From: an uncultured Gammaproteobacteria bacterium
Lineage (GTDB): Bacteria > Patescibacteriota > Microgenomatia > Daviesbacterales > UBA10151
Assembly: GCA_964415615.1 (NCBI GenBank)
Contig: CAYQAW010000006.1
Coordinates: 495 to 64,494, forward strand
Length of the DNA stretch: 64,000 bases
Reading direction: 5' to 3'
This document shows, piece by piece, positions 1 through 8,276 of this stretch (positions are counted from its first letter, which is position 1; each line of letters starts with the position of its first letter). Position numbers and translations under genes: made by a program. Under the pieces are notes generated by a model, which saw only the letters and a program-made list of their open reading frames with translations, searched no databases and was not told the origin of the DNA.

Positions 1-91
1 TAATCAGCTTTAGATAATCGATCTTCCAGCCTAAACTCTTTTCACCACCATAAAACAGATTGGAAGCATCAATAAAAGCACATGTTTTCAT
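1..91 (-). CDS. NYN-domain protein, N-terminal part only (runs off the window edge)
   Basis: Reverse-strand ATG at 91 gives MKTCAFIDASNLFYGGEKSLGWKIDYLKLI, which resembles the FIDxxNL start of the NYN ORF at 43599; the ORF continues past position 1. Confidence 0.4.
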   Translation of the reverse strand, partial: MKTCAFIDASNLFYGGEKSLGWKIDYLKLI

Positions 92-334
92 AAACTAGTC
101 TGATTATATCTCAAATTTTCTTTGTTAGTCTAAAGAATTTTTTCCAACCTCAAGAAATTAAGCACGGGAGTCCTCCTTGATCTCTATGATAGAAACTTTG
201 CCTTCAAAGTATGTAAATCCAAGATCTATTAATTTTTGATATAATCGGAGAAGACTTTCAAACACGGGGTTCCAAACCACGGCTCGATTGTCCACAGGTT
301 TGTTCAATGAAATTGGAAACGATAAACTAAAATT

Positions 335-2125
335 ATGTGTGGAATATTTGGGTATAGTGGTTCTAAAAATGCTTCAGAAGTAATCCTAGAGGGACTCAAA
401 AGATTAGAGTACCGTGGTTATGATTCATGGGGAATTGCAGTTTTAGCTGATCAAATCAAAATCCAAAAACAAATTGGTGCTATTGGTGATATAGATCTTG
501 ACTCTGGACTCTTGACTCTTGACTCTCATATTGGCATTGGCCATACCCGCTGGGCTACTCATGGAGGTATTTCAAAAACTAATGCCCACCCCCATTTCTC
601 TACTGATAAAAGTTTCTGTTTAGCTCAAAATGGAATAGTAGAAAACTATCAGTCTCTTAAAAATGAACTATTAAAAAAAGGTTATAAATTTGAAACAGAA
701 ACAGATACAGAAGTAATAGTTAGGCTAGTAGAAGAAAAAAATAAGTCGTCAGTCGTCAGCTATCAGTCATCAGATAATCTCAAAGAAGCTGTGAGGGAAG
801 CTTTTCTGGAACTGGAAGGCAGAAATACCATTATACTTTTAACAAACAAGGGACAGATAATAGCTGCTAGAAATGGTTCACCTTTAGTTATTGGTATAAA
901 TGATAAGGAAGTTTTCTTTTCTTCAGATACCCTGTCTTTTGCTCCCCATGTGAGTGATTTTATTGTAGTAGAAAATGGACAGATGGTTTCATATAATGGC
1001 AAACTAGACATGGTGGATATCAGATCAAACAAAGTTTTGCCTATAAAAAAAGAAAAAATTAATTTTGAGAGCAGCAAAGTAGATAAAGAAGGCTATGATC
1101 ATTTTATGTTAAAAGAAATTCATGAAAGCCCTTATGTGGTAACCCAGGTACTAAATCAAGACTCTGGATTGTATGAAGACTTTGTTAAATCTTTAAAAAA
1201 AGCTAAAAACATCTATGCTATTGGTTCTGGTACAGCAGGAATTGCTGCTTTCCAAATTGCTTTTTATCTAAGAGCGTTTGGTAAATTAAATGTCAGAGCA
1301 GTGATTGGGGCAGATATTTATGATTATTATGATCTGCTTTCTAAAGATGATTTAATTATTGCTCCTTCTCAATCAGGAGAAACAGCAGATGTTTTAGAAG
1401 TTCTAGAAATTGCTAAGAAAAAAGGGGTAAAAATAGCCTCATATGTAAACATGCCAGGTTCTACTATGAGCAGGGTTTCTGATTATAAATTCCAAGCTTT
1501 GGCAGGCCCAGAAATATGTGTTATGTCTACCAAAGTTTTTACCTCTCAGATTGCCTGGGGGTATTTAATTGCTAAAGTTGTCAGTGGACAGTTTACAGTT
1601 GGCAGGGAGAATTTAAAAAGGTTAGCAGAAGAAATGGATAAATATTTGGCAACTGAAAGCAATCACAAAGCACTTAATGATTTAGCAAAAGACTTGGTAA
1701 AATCCAAAGATATATTCCTGCTTGGTAAATATCAAAATTTTAATATAGTTTTGGAAGGAATGGTGAAAATTATAGAAGGGTCATATATTCATGCCCATGG
1801 TATCCCAGCTGGGGATTTAAAACATTATGCTATAACTTTGATGGAAAAAGGAGTTCCAGTGATTATAGTTTTATCAAAAGATATAGCAAAGGATGATGTG
1901 CTAAATGCAGTAAATCAGGTTAAAGCCAGAGGGGCAACTGTAATAGGTATCTCCCCTACTTCTTACAGTAGTTTTGATTACTATATCCCAGTCCCAGATA
2001 CAGAGGAAACTTCAGCAATAATGAATATAATTTCCCTGCAGCTTTTGGCTTATTATATGGCAGTAGAGTTAGGAAATAATGTAGACAAACCCAGAAATAT
2101 AGCCAAAAGTGTAACTGTAAAGTAA
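335..2125 (+). CDS. glmS: Glutamine--fructose-6-phosphate aminotransferase (isomerising)
   Basis: MCGIFGY N-terminal Cys (class II amidotransferase), two SIS domains, ~600 aa length. Confidence 0.95.
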   Translation: MCGIFGYSGSKNASEVILEGLKRLEYRGYDSWGIAVLADQIKIQKQIGAIGDIDLDSGLLTLDSHIGIGHTRWATHGGISKTNAHPHFSTDKSFCLAQNGIVENYQSLKNELLKKGYKFETETDTEVIVRLVEEKNKSSVVSYQSSDNLKEAVREAFLELEGRNTIILLTNKGQIIAARNGSPLVIGINDKEVFFSSDTLSFAPHVSDFIVVENGQMVSYNGKLDMVDIRSNKVLPIKKEKINFESSKVDKEGYDHFMLKEIHESPYVVTQVLNQDSGLYEDFVKSLKKAKNIYAIGSGTAGIAAFQIAFYLRAFGKLNVRAVIGADIYDYYDLLSKDDLIIAPSQSGETADVLEVLEIAKKKGVKIASYVNMPGSTMSRVSDYKFQALAGPEICVMSTKVFTSQIAWGYLIAKVVSGQFTVGRENLKRLAEEMDKYLATESNHKALNDLAKDLVKSKDIFLLGKYQNFNIVLEGMVKIIEGSYIHAHGIPAGDLKHYAITLMEKGVPVIIVLSKDIAKDDVLNAVNQVKARGATVIGISPTSYSSFDYYIPVPDTEETSAIMNIISLQLLAYYMAVELGNNVDKPRNIAKSVTVK

Positions 2126-2126
2126 C

Positions 2127-2165
2127 ACCCTACGTGTAGCTTCACTCCCACCTCGGAGGTGGAAA
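2127..2165 (+). repeat. Palindromic intergenic repeat, copy A (accctacgtgtagcttcactcccacctcggaggtgg)
   Basis: Begins 2 nt after the glmS stop; related copies at 20529-20567, 25181-25222 and (inverted) 30736-30773. Confidence 0.6.
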
Positions 2166-2202
2166 TACGATGGCACCTGGGGTTTTGAATAAACTATAAA
2201 CT

Positions 2203-2406
2203 ATGCAAGAGGCTGGGAGATTATTATCTTTTTTAGGAACAATATTTTTGCTTTTGAGTCTTATTTTTAATATTGTACCTAATCTTCCAAAAATTCCCGG
2301 AGATATTTATCTAAACAGACCAGGAATTAAGATTTATATCCCTTGGGTATCATCTTTGGTACTTTCTGTAATACTTACTATTTTTCTTGACTTCTTCAGA
2401 AAATAA
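2203..2406 (+). CDS. DUF2905-like small membrane protein
   Basis: 67 aa, hydrophobic, with LPKIPGDIY and KIYIPW motifs as in DUF2905. Confidence 0.5.
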   Translation: MQEAGRLLSFLGTIFLLLSLIFNIVPNLPKIPGDIYLNRPGIKIYIPWVSSLVLSVILTIFLDFFRK

Positions 2407-2407
2407 T

Positions 2408-3898
2408 TTACCCTAAGCTGTGGCGGAAGAGGGCTGCTTGGACTATTTCTTCTTGAGGATCTTGTTTTTTATCTATTTTTTCAATAATTTTTTCTACTAA
2501 TTGGGCATGTTGTTTTTCTTCCTTGGTTTTTGGCCCTAATTTCTCTCCTAAATATTTTTCTATTTCCTTAATATCCTGTTCATTTTCTGGAATACCTAGG
2601 TAAGCTAAACTTTCTTTTCTAAAATATCTTCCAGCAAATTGTAAAGCTGGTTTTAACTGCTGGTAGAGCTCTTCTATAAACTTTAATTTTCCTTCTTCTC
2701 TGGCTTTTTTCAGTCCCCTTCCTGTGCCTATTAACTCAGGTGGGATACCTAATGAGTAACAACTGGCAGTAAAGCCAATAGCCCTTGGTAATTTTGTTTC
2801 CCCTACTTGTCTGGAATAACCAAACAAACCAATATGCTGCATTCTTTCCCTTCTTTGAGGAATATGCTCAGCAACCTTTGCTATATATGGAGCCAGTTTT
2901 TCTACAGCTTGTTTGTAAGGAGTTTCAAACCAAGGAATTACTTGCTGGATCTTTGCTAGATAATCTTCTGGAAGTAATTGAGTTTTGATCTTAGTAACAC
3001 TTTCCTGAATTTTTTTAATAGCAGCTTTAACATCTTTTAATGGATAATCATACCTAAATGAAGATTGGACAACTAAAGTTTTGATACCAGCAAACTCTTT
3101 AATAAAAGCCTCTGTTGCCTTTGGTGTTAACCCTCCTCTAAAAGGTAGGGCTCCCGGGGCAATAATTGGATAGGTAGGAATTCCAGTTTCTTTAGAAAAT
3201 TTGGCATACTCAGAAAGAGCCCATTTAATAGCCAGAGTAGTTGGGACAATACCAGAATTTAAAGCTGGATCAGACCTGGCACAAAAAGGCCTGATATAAG
3301 CAGGCTCTCCAAAATATTTAACATACTTTTGAGCATATTTTCTAACTATTTGGCCTGATTTTAAAATAGTTTGCACCATTTCAAAAATAGGTATTACTTC
3401 AACAGTTTTTTTGCTAAAACCACTGGGTCCAAAAGAATAATCTGCAGCTTTGGCAAATCTGCCAAAATTCTTTTGCAGGGTAATCAACTCATCTGCTCCT
3501 TCTGTCATAGGTAAAATAACTTCAAAAAGAGGGGTGGTGGGAAAGCCTGCACTATGGGCAAGTTGTTGCCCGGATAAAATAACCATGAAAGCCCTGCCTA
3601 ATCTATAACCTGGTTCTACTCTGGGATTAGGGACTCTAAATGTTAAAAATACATCCTGTCCTAATAATTTTTTCTGGAAAAAATCTGTGTATCTGGAAAG
3701 TAATCTTTCTGTAACTCCCTCATCTACTAATTTGCCTTCCCAGTCCCACATTACTTCATCACCACCTAGTTCTGAAAACATTAAAAAACATTCCTTTAGT
3801 TCATCATGAGTTTTTATTAGTTCTCTTTTGTGCCAAAAAGGCTGAGAAGCATGATCAGGATGTTGGGAAAACATCACAGAGGGGATTTTTCGAGCCAT
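2408..3898 (-). CDS. ppcA: Phosphoenolpyruvate carboxylase, archaeal type
   Basis: N-terminus MARKIPSVMFSQHPDH matches the archaeal-type PEPC signature MxxIPRxMSTQHPDN; ~500 aa. Confidence 0.7.
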   Translation of the reverse strand: MARKIPSVMFSQHPDHASQPFWHKRELIKTHDELKECFLMFSELGGDEVMWDWEGKLVDEGVTERLLSRYTDFFQKKLLGQDVFLTFRVPNPRVEPGYRLGRAFMVILSGQQLAHSAGFPTTPLFEVILPMTEGADELITLQKNFGRFAKAADYSFGPSGFSKKTVEVIPIFEMVQTILKSGQIVRKYAQKYVKYFGEPAYIRPFCARSDPALNSGIVPTTLAIKWALSEYAKFSKETGIPTYPIIAPGALPFRGGLTPKATEAFIKEFAGIKTLVVQSSFRYDYPLKDVKAAIKKIQESVTKIKTQLLPEDYLAKIQQVIPWFETPYKQAVEKLAPYIAKVAEHIPQRRERMQHIGLFGYSRQVGETKLPRAIGFTASCYSLGIPPELIGTGRGLKKAREEGKLKFIEELYQQLKPALQFAGRYFRKESLAYLGIPENEQDIKEIEKYLGEKLGPKTKEEKQHAQLVEKIIEKIDKKQDPQEEIVQAALFRHSLG

Positions 3899-4134
3899 AG
3901 CTTTTGTTTAGTTTGCAAGATTTAACTCAAAATTTCAAGATAGTAGTTTTTTATGTTAAAATACTTAAAGCAAAAATGCCGCAGTAGCCAAGGTAGTCAA
4001 GGCGGACGCCTGAAGAGCGTTTTATACGTGTGCAACTCATGTCTGCGGCACACATTTTAATTTTGGGTGCCTTGTTTTAGCGAAGCAGAATTAGAAAGAT
4101 AGGTTTTAGTTAAAGGTGGATTGCTTATATTAAT

Positions 4135-4206
4135 GCGGGAGTAACTCAGTGGTAGAGTGCCTCGTTGCCAACGAGGATGTCGGGGGTTCAAGTCCCCTCT
4201 CCCGCT
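4135..4206 (+). tRNA. tRNA-Gly (anticodon GCC)
   Basis: Cloverleaf folded by hand: acceptor GCGGGAG/CTCCCGC, anticodon stem CCTCG/CGAGG with loop TTGCCAA, T-arm GGGGG-TTCAAGT-CCCCT; no encoded CCA. Confidence 0.9.
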
Positions 4207-4261
4207 CAAAAATCTTTGATTTTTGAGCTCGTTTACGAAAAAGCTCGAACTCTTTTCCAAT

Positions 4262-4470
4262 CGTAACGGTAGGCGGCGGCTCGCCTTTGCCGCCGCCCTC
4301 TATCTGCTCGGCTTTCGGCCGAAGCTCTAAAAACTGTCGGCTCGAACTCCACCAGAGGCGGACAAAAAACGCGAAAATTTTTAAAGAACTTTTTTTATAA
4401 ACTCAAATGGCCGCTCTGGTTGTAACCAAATCCTTGCGAATCTGTCCAAAGCGGCCATTAAAAAACGCAA
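4262..4470. other. GC-rich hairpin-dense intergenic segment (candidate structured RNA or terminator cluster)
   Basis: Perfect 9-bp hairpin GGCGGCGGC...GCCGCCGCC, a 10-bp inverted repeat AATGGCCGCT...AGCGGCCATT and nested small hairpins, in an AT-rich intergenic context. Confidence 0.25.
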
Positions 4471-4578
4471 GGACAAATTTGGTTACGAAAATAATGTATC
4501 TCTTATTAAGAAGATTTGCAACAATAAAAATATTGGAGCATTTGCAATTTGTTCTTAAATGTGAAATAATGTAAGTAC

Positions 4579-5979
4579 ATGGAAGCAGATAAAATTCCTC
4601 AAGGAATACCTATAGCTCAGGTTCCTATTGAGAATGAACCTATGCATAAAAGTCTTTTAAATCAAAAAGGTAGCTTTCTTCTTATTATTGCTGTCACTGT
4701 TATTATTATTCTTATTGGTGTTGGCAGCTATATCTTGGGAGGGAAAAAATCACAACCGGTTCAAAATGCTATTCCTCAATCCTCCCAAACATCTACTGAT
4801 GATAAAACAATCTTGAATCTTCCGTCCGCTTTTAGATCACAAGGTTCAGCTGTAGATATAAAAACAGTTAATATAAAGATTGGCGCAGGAAAAACATCTT
4901 TTAATTTATTAAATACTATTGTTCCAAAAGTTTTTGCAGCAGGACTAGCACGACCAATCGTCTATTTAGTTCCAGCCCCAGACAATTCTGTGCCTTTTGC
5001 TGGTAATCCCGATAATCCTAATAATCCAACTCGCTTTCATTTTTTTAGTTACGATTTGTTAAGTGGGGAGAAAACGCAATTAACTCGGGATTCTTTTGCT
5101 GCACCAATTGACTTTACTCTTTCTCCCTCCGGATTTGTTGTTTTTAGTAGTAATAAGCAGCTAATGACAATTAATCTTTCCGACCTATCAATAGCTGATA
5201 TTCCTGCAACTGGTAAGCTTGGCTATGAAGGTCCATATCCGCCAAGCATTTCTCCTGATGGAAATAAAATTGCCCTTTTTCAAGGCCAAGACCTTGTTGT
5301 TCGTAACCTTGGAAACACAGGGGAAATTGAAACATATCCTCTTCCCGATAATTTTTTGAAAAATCAGGCGGTTTGGGCAGATAACGGAGAGAATATATAT
5401 CTTGAGACAGTAAGAAGTGTTAATGGGCTAGGAGCGAATGATATTCTTGAAGTTAATAGAAATACAAAAGAAATAAAAACTGTTATAACTTCAGATACAG
5501 CTATACATCAAATTGCTTTTTTTAATGGAGAAAAATACAATTCACTCTTATACTCCAAGGGAATTTCGGGATCAAATACGGATCGTGTTTTGATAATTAA
5601 TACCTTGGGCACAGGTCCTATTGAATATCCTGCAATTAATGGTTTCTTAAAAAGTATGGTTTGGACCCCAAACCATGACAAACTATACTATACGCAGGGT
5701 GATAATGTTAACGGAGGGAGTTTTACTGGGGGAGTTAGAGAGTTTGAGTTTGCAGCAGATAAGCTAGGTAGAGTATCAAAAATTCTAGACTCAATAATAA
5801 GTCCATATGTTTATTTAGTAGGTTTTGGGAAAGACGAAAATGAACTTATTGTGAGTGACTCTGCTTTAAGTTCTGATAAAACACTTTACGTCACCTCTTT
5901 TTATTCATTTGATATTCAAAATAAAACATATAAAGAGTTATTTTCCTTTCAACAACCAAATACCAAAGGATCTAAGTAG
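4579..5979 (+). CDS. Surface/secreted beta-propeller-like protein, member of the NQKG signal-anchor family
   Basis: LLNQKG followed by an 18-residue TM then GSYIL; repeated PDG/WADNG beta-propeller-like segments. Confidence 0.6.
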   Translation: MEADKIPQGIPIAQVPIENEPMHKSLLNQKGSFLLIIAVTVIIILIGVGSYILGGKKSQPVQNAIPQSSQTSTDDKTILNLPSAFRSQGSAVDIKTVNIKIGAGKTSFNLLNTIVPKVFAAGLARPIVYLVPAPDNSVPFAGNPDNPNNPTRFHFFSYDLLSGEKTQLTRDSFAAPIDFTLSPSGFVVFSSNKQLMTINLSDLSIADIPATGKLGYEGPYPPSISPDGNKIALFQGQDLVVRNLGNTGEIETYPLPDNFLKNQAVWADNGENIYLETVRSVNGLGANDILEVNRNTKEIKTVITSDTAIHQIAFFNGEKYNSLLYSKGISGSNTDRVLIINTLGTGPIEYPAINGFLKSMVWTPNHDKLYYTQGDNVNGGSFTGGVREFEFAADKLGRVSKILDSIISPYVYLVGFGKDENELIVSDSALSSDKTLYVTSFYSFDIQNKTYKELFSFQQPNTKGSK

Positions 5980-6150
5980 GTTTATTTAGAATACATCTTC
6001 TTTCTGTAATTGACTTTTCCACATTGCATTTTTGTAAAATGAGGGGTGCAACCCCTAAAATCTACGGGAGATAAAACAGTAGGAAGTAAACAGTCAGGTT
6101 TTATATAAAGTAGAGACAGAATAAATTATAAATAAATACCTATCCTATAG

Positions 6151-6179
6151 TTGATAAATGCACTCAATTCTGGTATAAT
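6151..6179 (+). promoter_or_regulatory. Sigma70-type promoter: TTGATA, 17-nt spacer, TGgTATAAT; leaderless-type
   Basis: -35 at 6151-6156, extended -10 at 6172-6179, ATG at 6186 only 6 nt after the -10. Confidence 0.5.
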
Positions 6180-6185
6180 TCTCTC

Positions 6186-7319
6186 ATGACAACTGAAGCT
6201 AAACCATCCAGATTCGGACCAGAACACACCCCTCCGCCAGATTACACCCTTGAACGGCTTCAAGGAGTCTTTCGAAAACCTACACTTAGGAGATTACTAG
6301 CATATGGAGATTCTGTGGGTATTGATCCCAATTCTGTATTTCAACATGTAGTTGGACAATATCCAGAAAAAACTATAACAGAGTTAGTTGCTGAAACAAG
6401 GATGCCTCGGACTACTTTTATAGATATGTTGGATTTTGCAGGTGTCCAGAGACGGACAATGGAAGAAGTAAGGCAAAGAAATAAGCAAGAAGGTAAAGGT
6501 GTATTTGGTATGACTCGTGAAGCCCGCCAAGAAGCTGGAAGAAATAGCAATAGTGGCATAAGAGCACGAGATAACAACTTCGGGCTTGCTGCCCTAACAA
6601 AAGAACAAAGAATAGAAGCTGGCAAAAAAGGAGCTTCTAAAATTCGTCCAGATACAGGAGAAACACAGGCTCAGTATAATGGAAGGCGATCTGTGGAATT
6701 AAAGGCTGGTTGGCATGCACTTACGCGGGAACAGCGAACTAGATTAGCAATAAATATGACCGAAAGAATGGATCCACGAAAAGCGATTGCTGGAGAAAAC
6801 TATTTTGATTCATATGCAGAAGCAGCAACAGCAATGTCACTTGAGCAATTTGTTCCAGAATATCGAGTTCAGCGTGGAGTAAACTATCAAGTGATACTCG
6901 AAAGGGCTGGGATAAAAGTTGATTTTCTAGTTGGTGATGTGTTTGTTGAATATAATCCGATTGTACTTAAATACCTTCCAACAGTAACAGGTTTTGATAC
7001 TCATGAAGAATATGAATTGTATACACAAAATCTTAGTCAATTAGATGAAGATCAACAAACTCAGTATTCCGAACAGGTTCTCCAGGGAATTGCACAACGT
7101 TATTATCAAAGACGAAGAAATGCTATTAACCAAGATCCTGAATTCAGAGAATTAATAGTTGCTACAACACCAGGAGAATTATACGATCAAGTAATCATTC
7201 GATTTGGAGAAAATTACCCTTCTAGAGAAGAATTTACCGAATCTTTTAATGCAACTACAAGAACAATACGTAATGAAAATAGAAGAAGACGAAAAAGAGA
7301 AAATCAAGGAGCTTCTTAG
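6186..7319 (+). CDS. Putative DNA-binding protein with three NUMOD3-like repeats (homing-endonuclease DNA-binding module); GC-richer than flanks
   Basis: HTH-like segment ITELVAETRMPRTTFIDML; repeats MTREARQEAGRNS / LTKEQRIEAGKKG / LTREQRTRLA; Arg-rich C-terminus. Confidence 0.4.
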   Translation: MTTEAKPSRFGPEHTPPPDYTLERLQGVFRKPTLRRLLAYGDSVGIDPNSVFQHVVGQYPEKTITELVAETRMPRTTFIDMLDFAGVQRRTMEEVRQRNKQEGKGVFGMTREARQEAGRNSNSGIRARDNNFGLAALTKEQRIEAGKKGASKIRPDTGETQAQYNGRRSVELKAGWHALTREQRTRLAINMTERMDPRKAIAGENYFDSYAEAATAMSLEQFVPEYRVQRGVNYQVILERAGIKVDFLVGDVFVEYNPIVLKYLPTVTGFDTHEEYELYTQNLSQLDEDQQTQYSEQVLQGIAQRYYQRRRNAINQDPEFRELIVATTPGELYDQVIIRFGENYPSREEFTESFNATTRTIRNENRRRRKRENQGAS

Positions 7320-7551
7320 TTGTAAAAGATGAGACATCTCGAGTGCTTCCAACTTTTCTAATCTATATAATAAGGGAGTAAAAAAGTTTTCGTGCTGGGT
7401 GGGTTGGGGCAAGAAAACATTAAATTGTTTTTGTGTTCCTGTCCCGCTTTGCGGGACTATAATAAATAAAAATCGCGCGCATTCTGTCTTTCTGTCCTAG
7501 CAAAAAATACATAGAGCGAGGCTCGCCCTTCGGGCGGCCCGCTCCCAATCC

Positions 7552-7797
7552 ATGTATTATACTTACATTCTCCAGAGTTCGAAGGACGATAGAACCTATG
7601 TAGGCTATACAAATAATATAGATAATCGTCTCAATCTCCATAATTCTGGTAGAGTTAAAGCAACTAAATATAGAATGCCATTTAAGTTATTATTCTTTGA
7701 GAAATTTCAATCCGAACAAGAAGCTAAGAAACGAGAACTTTGGTGGAAAAGTGGCGCTGGAAGGAGAAAACTTAAGGAATATTTTACTAAAAGATGA
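7552..7797 (+). CDS. GIY-YIG nuclease superfamily small protein (copy 1)
   Basis: 81 aa: MYYTYIL...YVGYTNN...R...HN; ~50% identical to the 46812 copy. Confidence 0.85.
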   Translation: MYYTYILQSSKDDRTYVGYTNNIDNRLNLHNSGRVKATKYRMPFKLLFFEKFQSEQEAKKRELWWKSGAGRRKLKEYFTKR

Positions 7798-7928
7798 AAT
7801 GATCCTTACCCGCTCCATCAGATTTTTATCGAACTAATAAATTTTAGCTTCGGAAAGTTGCTAAATTTTGTCTAAATTTAACCCTAAAAACAAGAACCCA
7901 TACGGGAATCGAACTAGCCTTAGTTTAG

Positions 7929-8093
7929 TTATTTTTTATTTTGCTCAATATCTTCAAAATCTCCCATCCACTTCGACCCATAAAAATGCTGCATAACTGC
8001 ACAAGCCAACAAATAAACAACTTCTTGTATCTCTTTTAGCTCTTCTTCCGACGCATTAGGATAATACTTCTTGATTACTTCCAGCGGTAACAT
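7929..8093 (-). CDS. Small hypothetical protein (54 aa), below the ORF-track cutoff
   Basis: GGAGGTG Shine-Dalgarno 8 nt upstream of the ATG at 8093; MLPLEVIKKYYPNASEEELKEIQEVVYLLACAVMQHFYGSKWMGDFEDIEQNKK. Confidence 0.3.
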   Translation of the reverse strand: MLPLEVIKKYYPNASEEELKEIQEVVYLLACAVMQHFYGSKWMGDFEDIEQNKK

Positions 8094-8276
8094 AGTAGAT
8101 TCTCACCTCCTTTACCAAAGGTTGAAAATCTAGCACATTGGGAAAACTAATTAATAGTAGTGATGACCCCCTACTTTGGTGTCAAAAGCTCCCCGCCAGT
8201 AGACTAGCCTTCAATTCCACTTGAAGTTAAGCTATTTTTCTGAAATACTATAGTTAGATAAAAATAGTTAATAACT

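Noticed and set aside
100-334. glmS ribozyme in the 5' leader of glmS
   Set aside because: The conserved core segments (GACGAGG, CCGUAAGG, CAAACCAAGGGGGUGAC, AGCGCCAGAACU cleavage site) are not present; only vague similarity (ttccaaaccacgg).
763-1077. Antisense ORFs inside glmS, PEPC, GT2 fusion, NMO and others (e.g. 763..1077, 2785..2988, 17322..18600 set, 32383..33190 set, 45326..45745)
   Set aside because: Embedded opposite well-supported long genes, no motifs; typical shadow ORFs.
4057-4260. 67-aa minus ORF
   Set aside because: Entirely antisense to tRNA-Gly(GCC); spurious.
4579-4700. Type IV pilin (class III) signal peptide for the NQKG family
   Set aside because: Lacks the conserved Glu at +5 after the Gly and the FTLIE consensus; kept as an unclassified signal-anchor module instead.
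7893-7923. tRNA on the minus strand (gttcgattccc T-loop-like sequence)
   Set aside because: No complementary T-stem, acceptor or anticodon arms can be formed; probably chance or a tRNA remnant.
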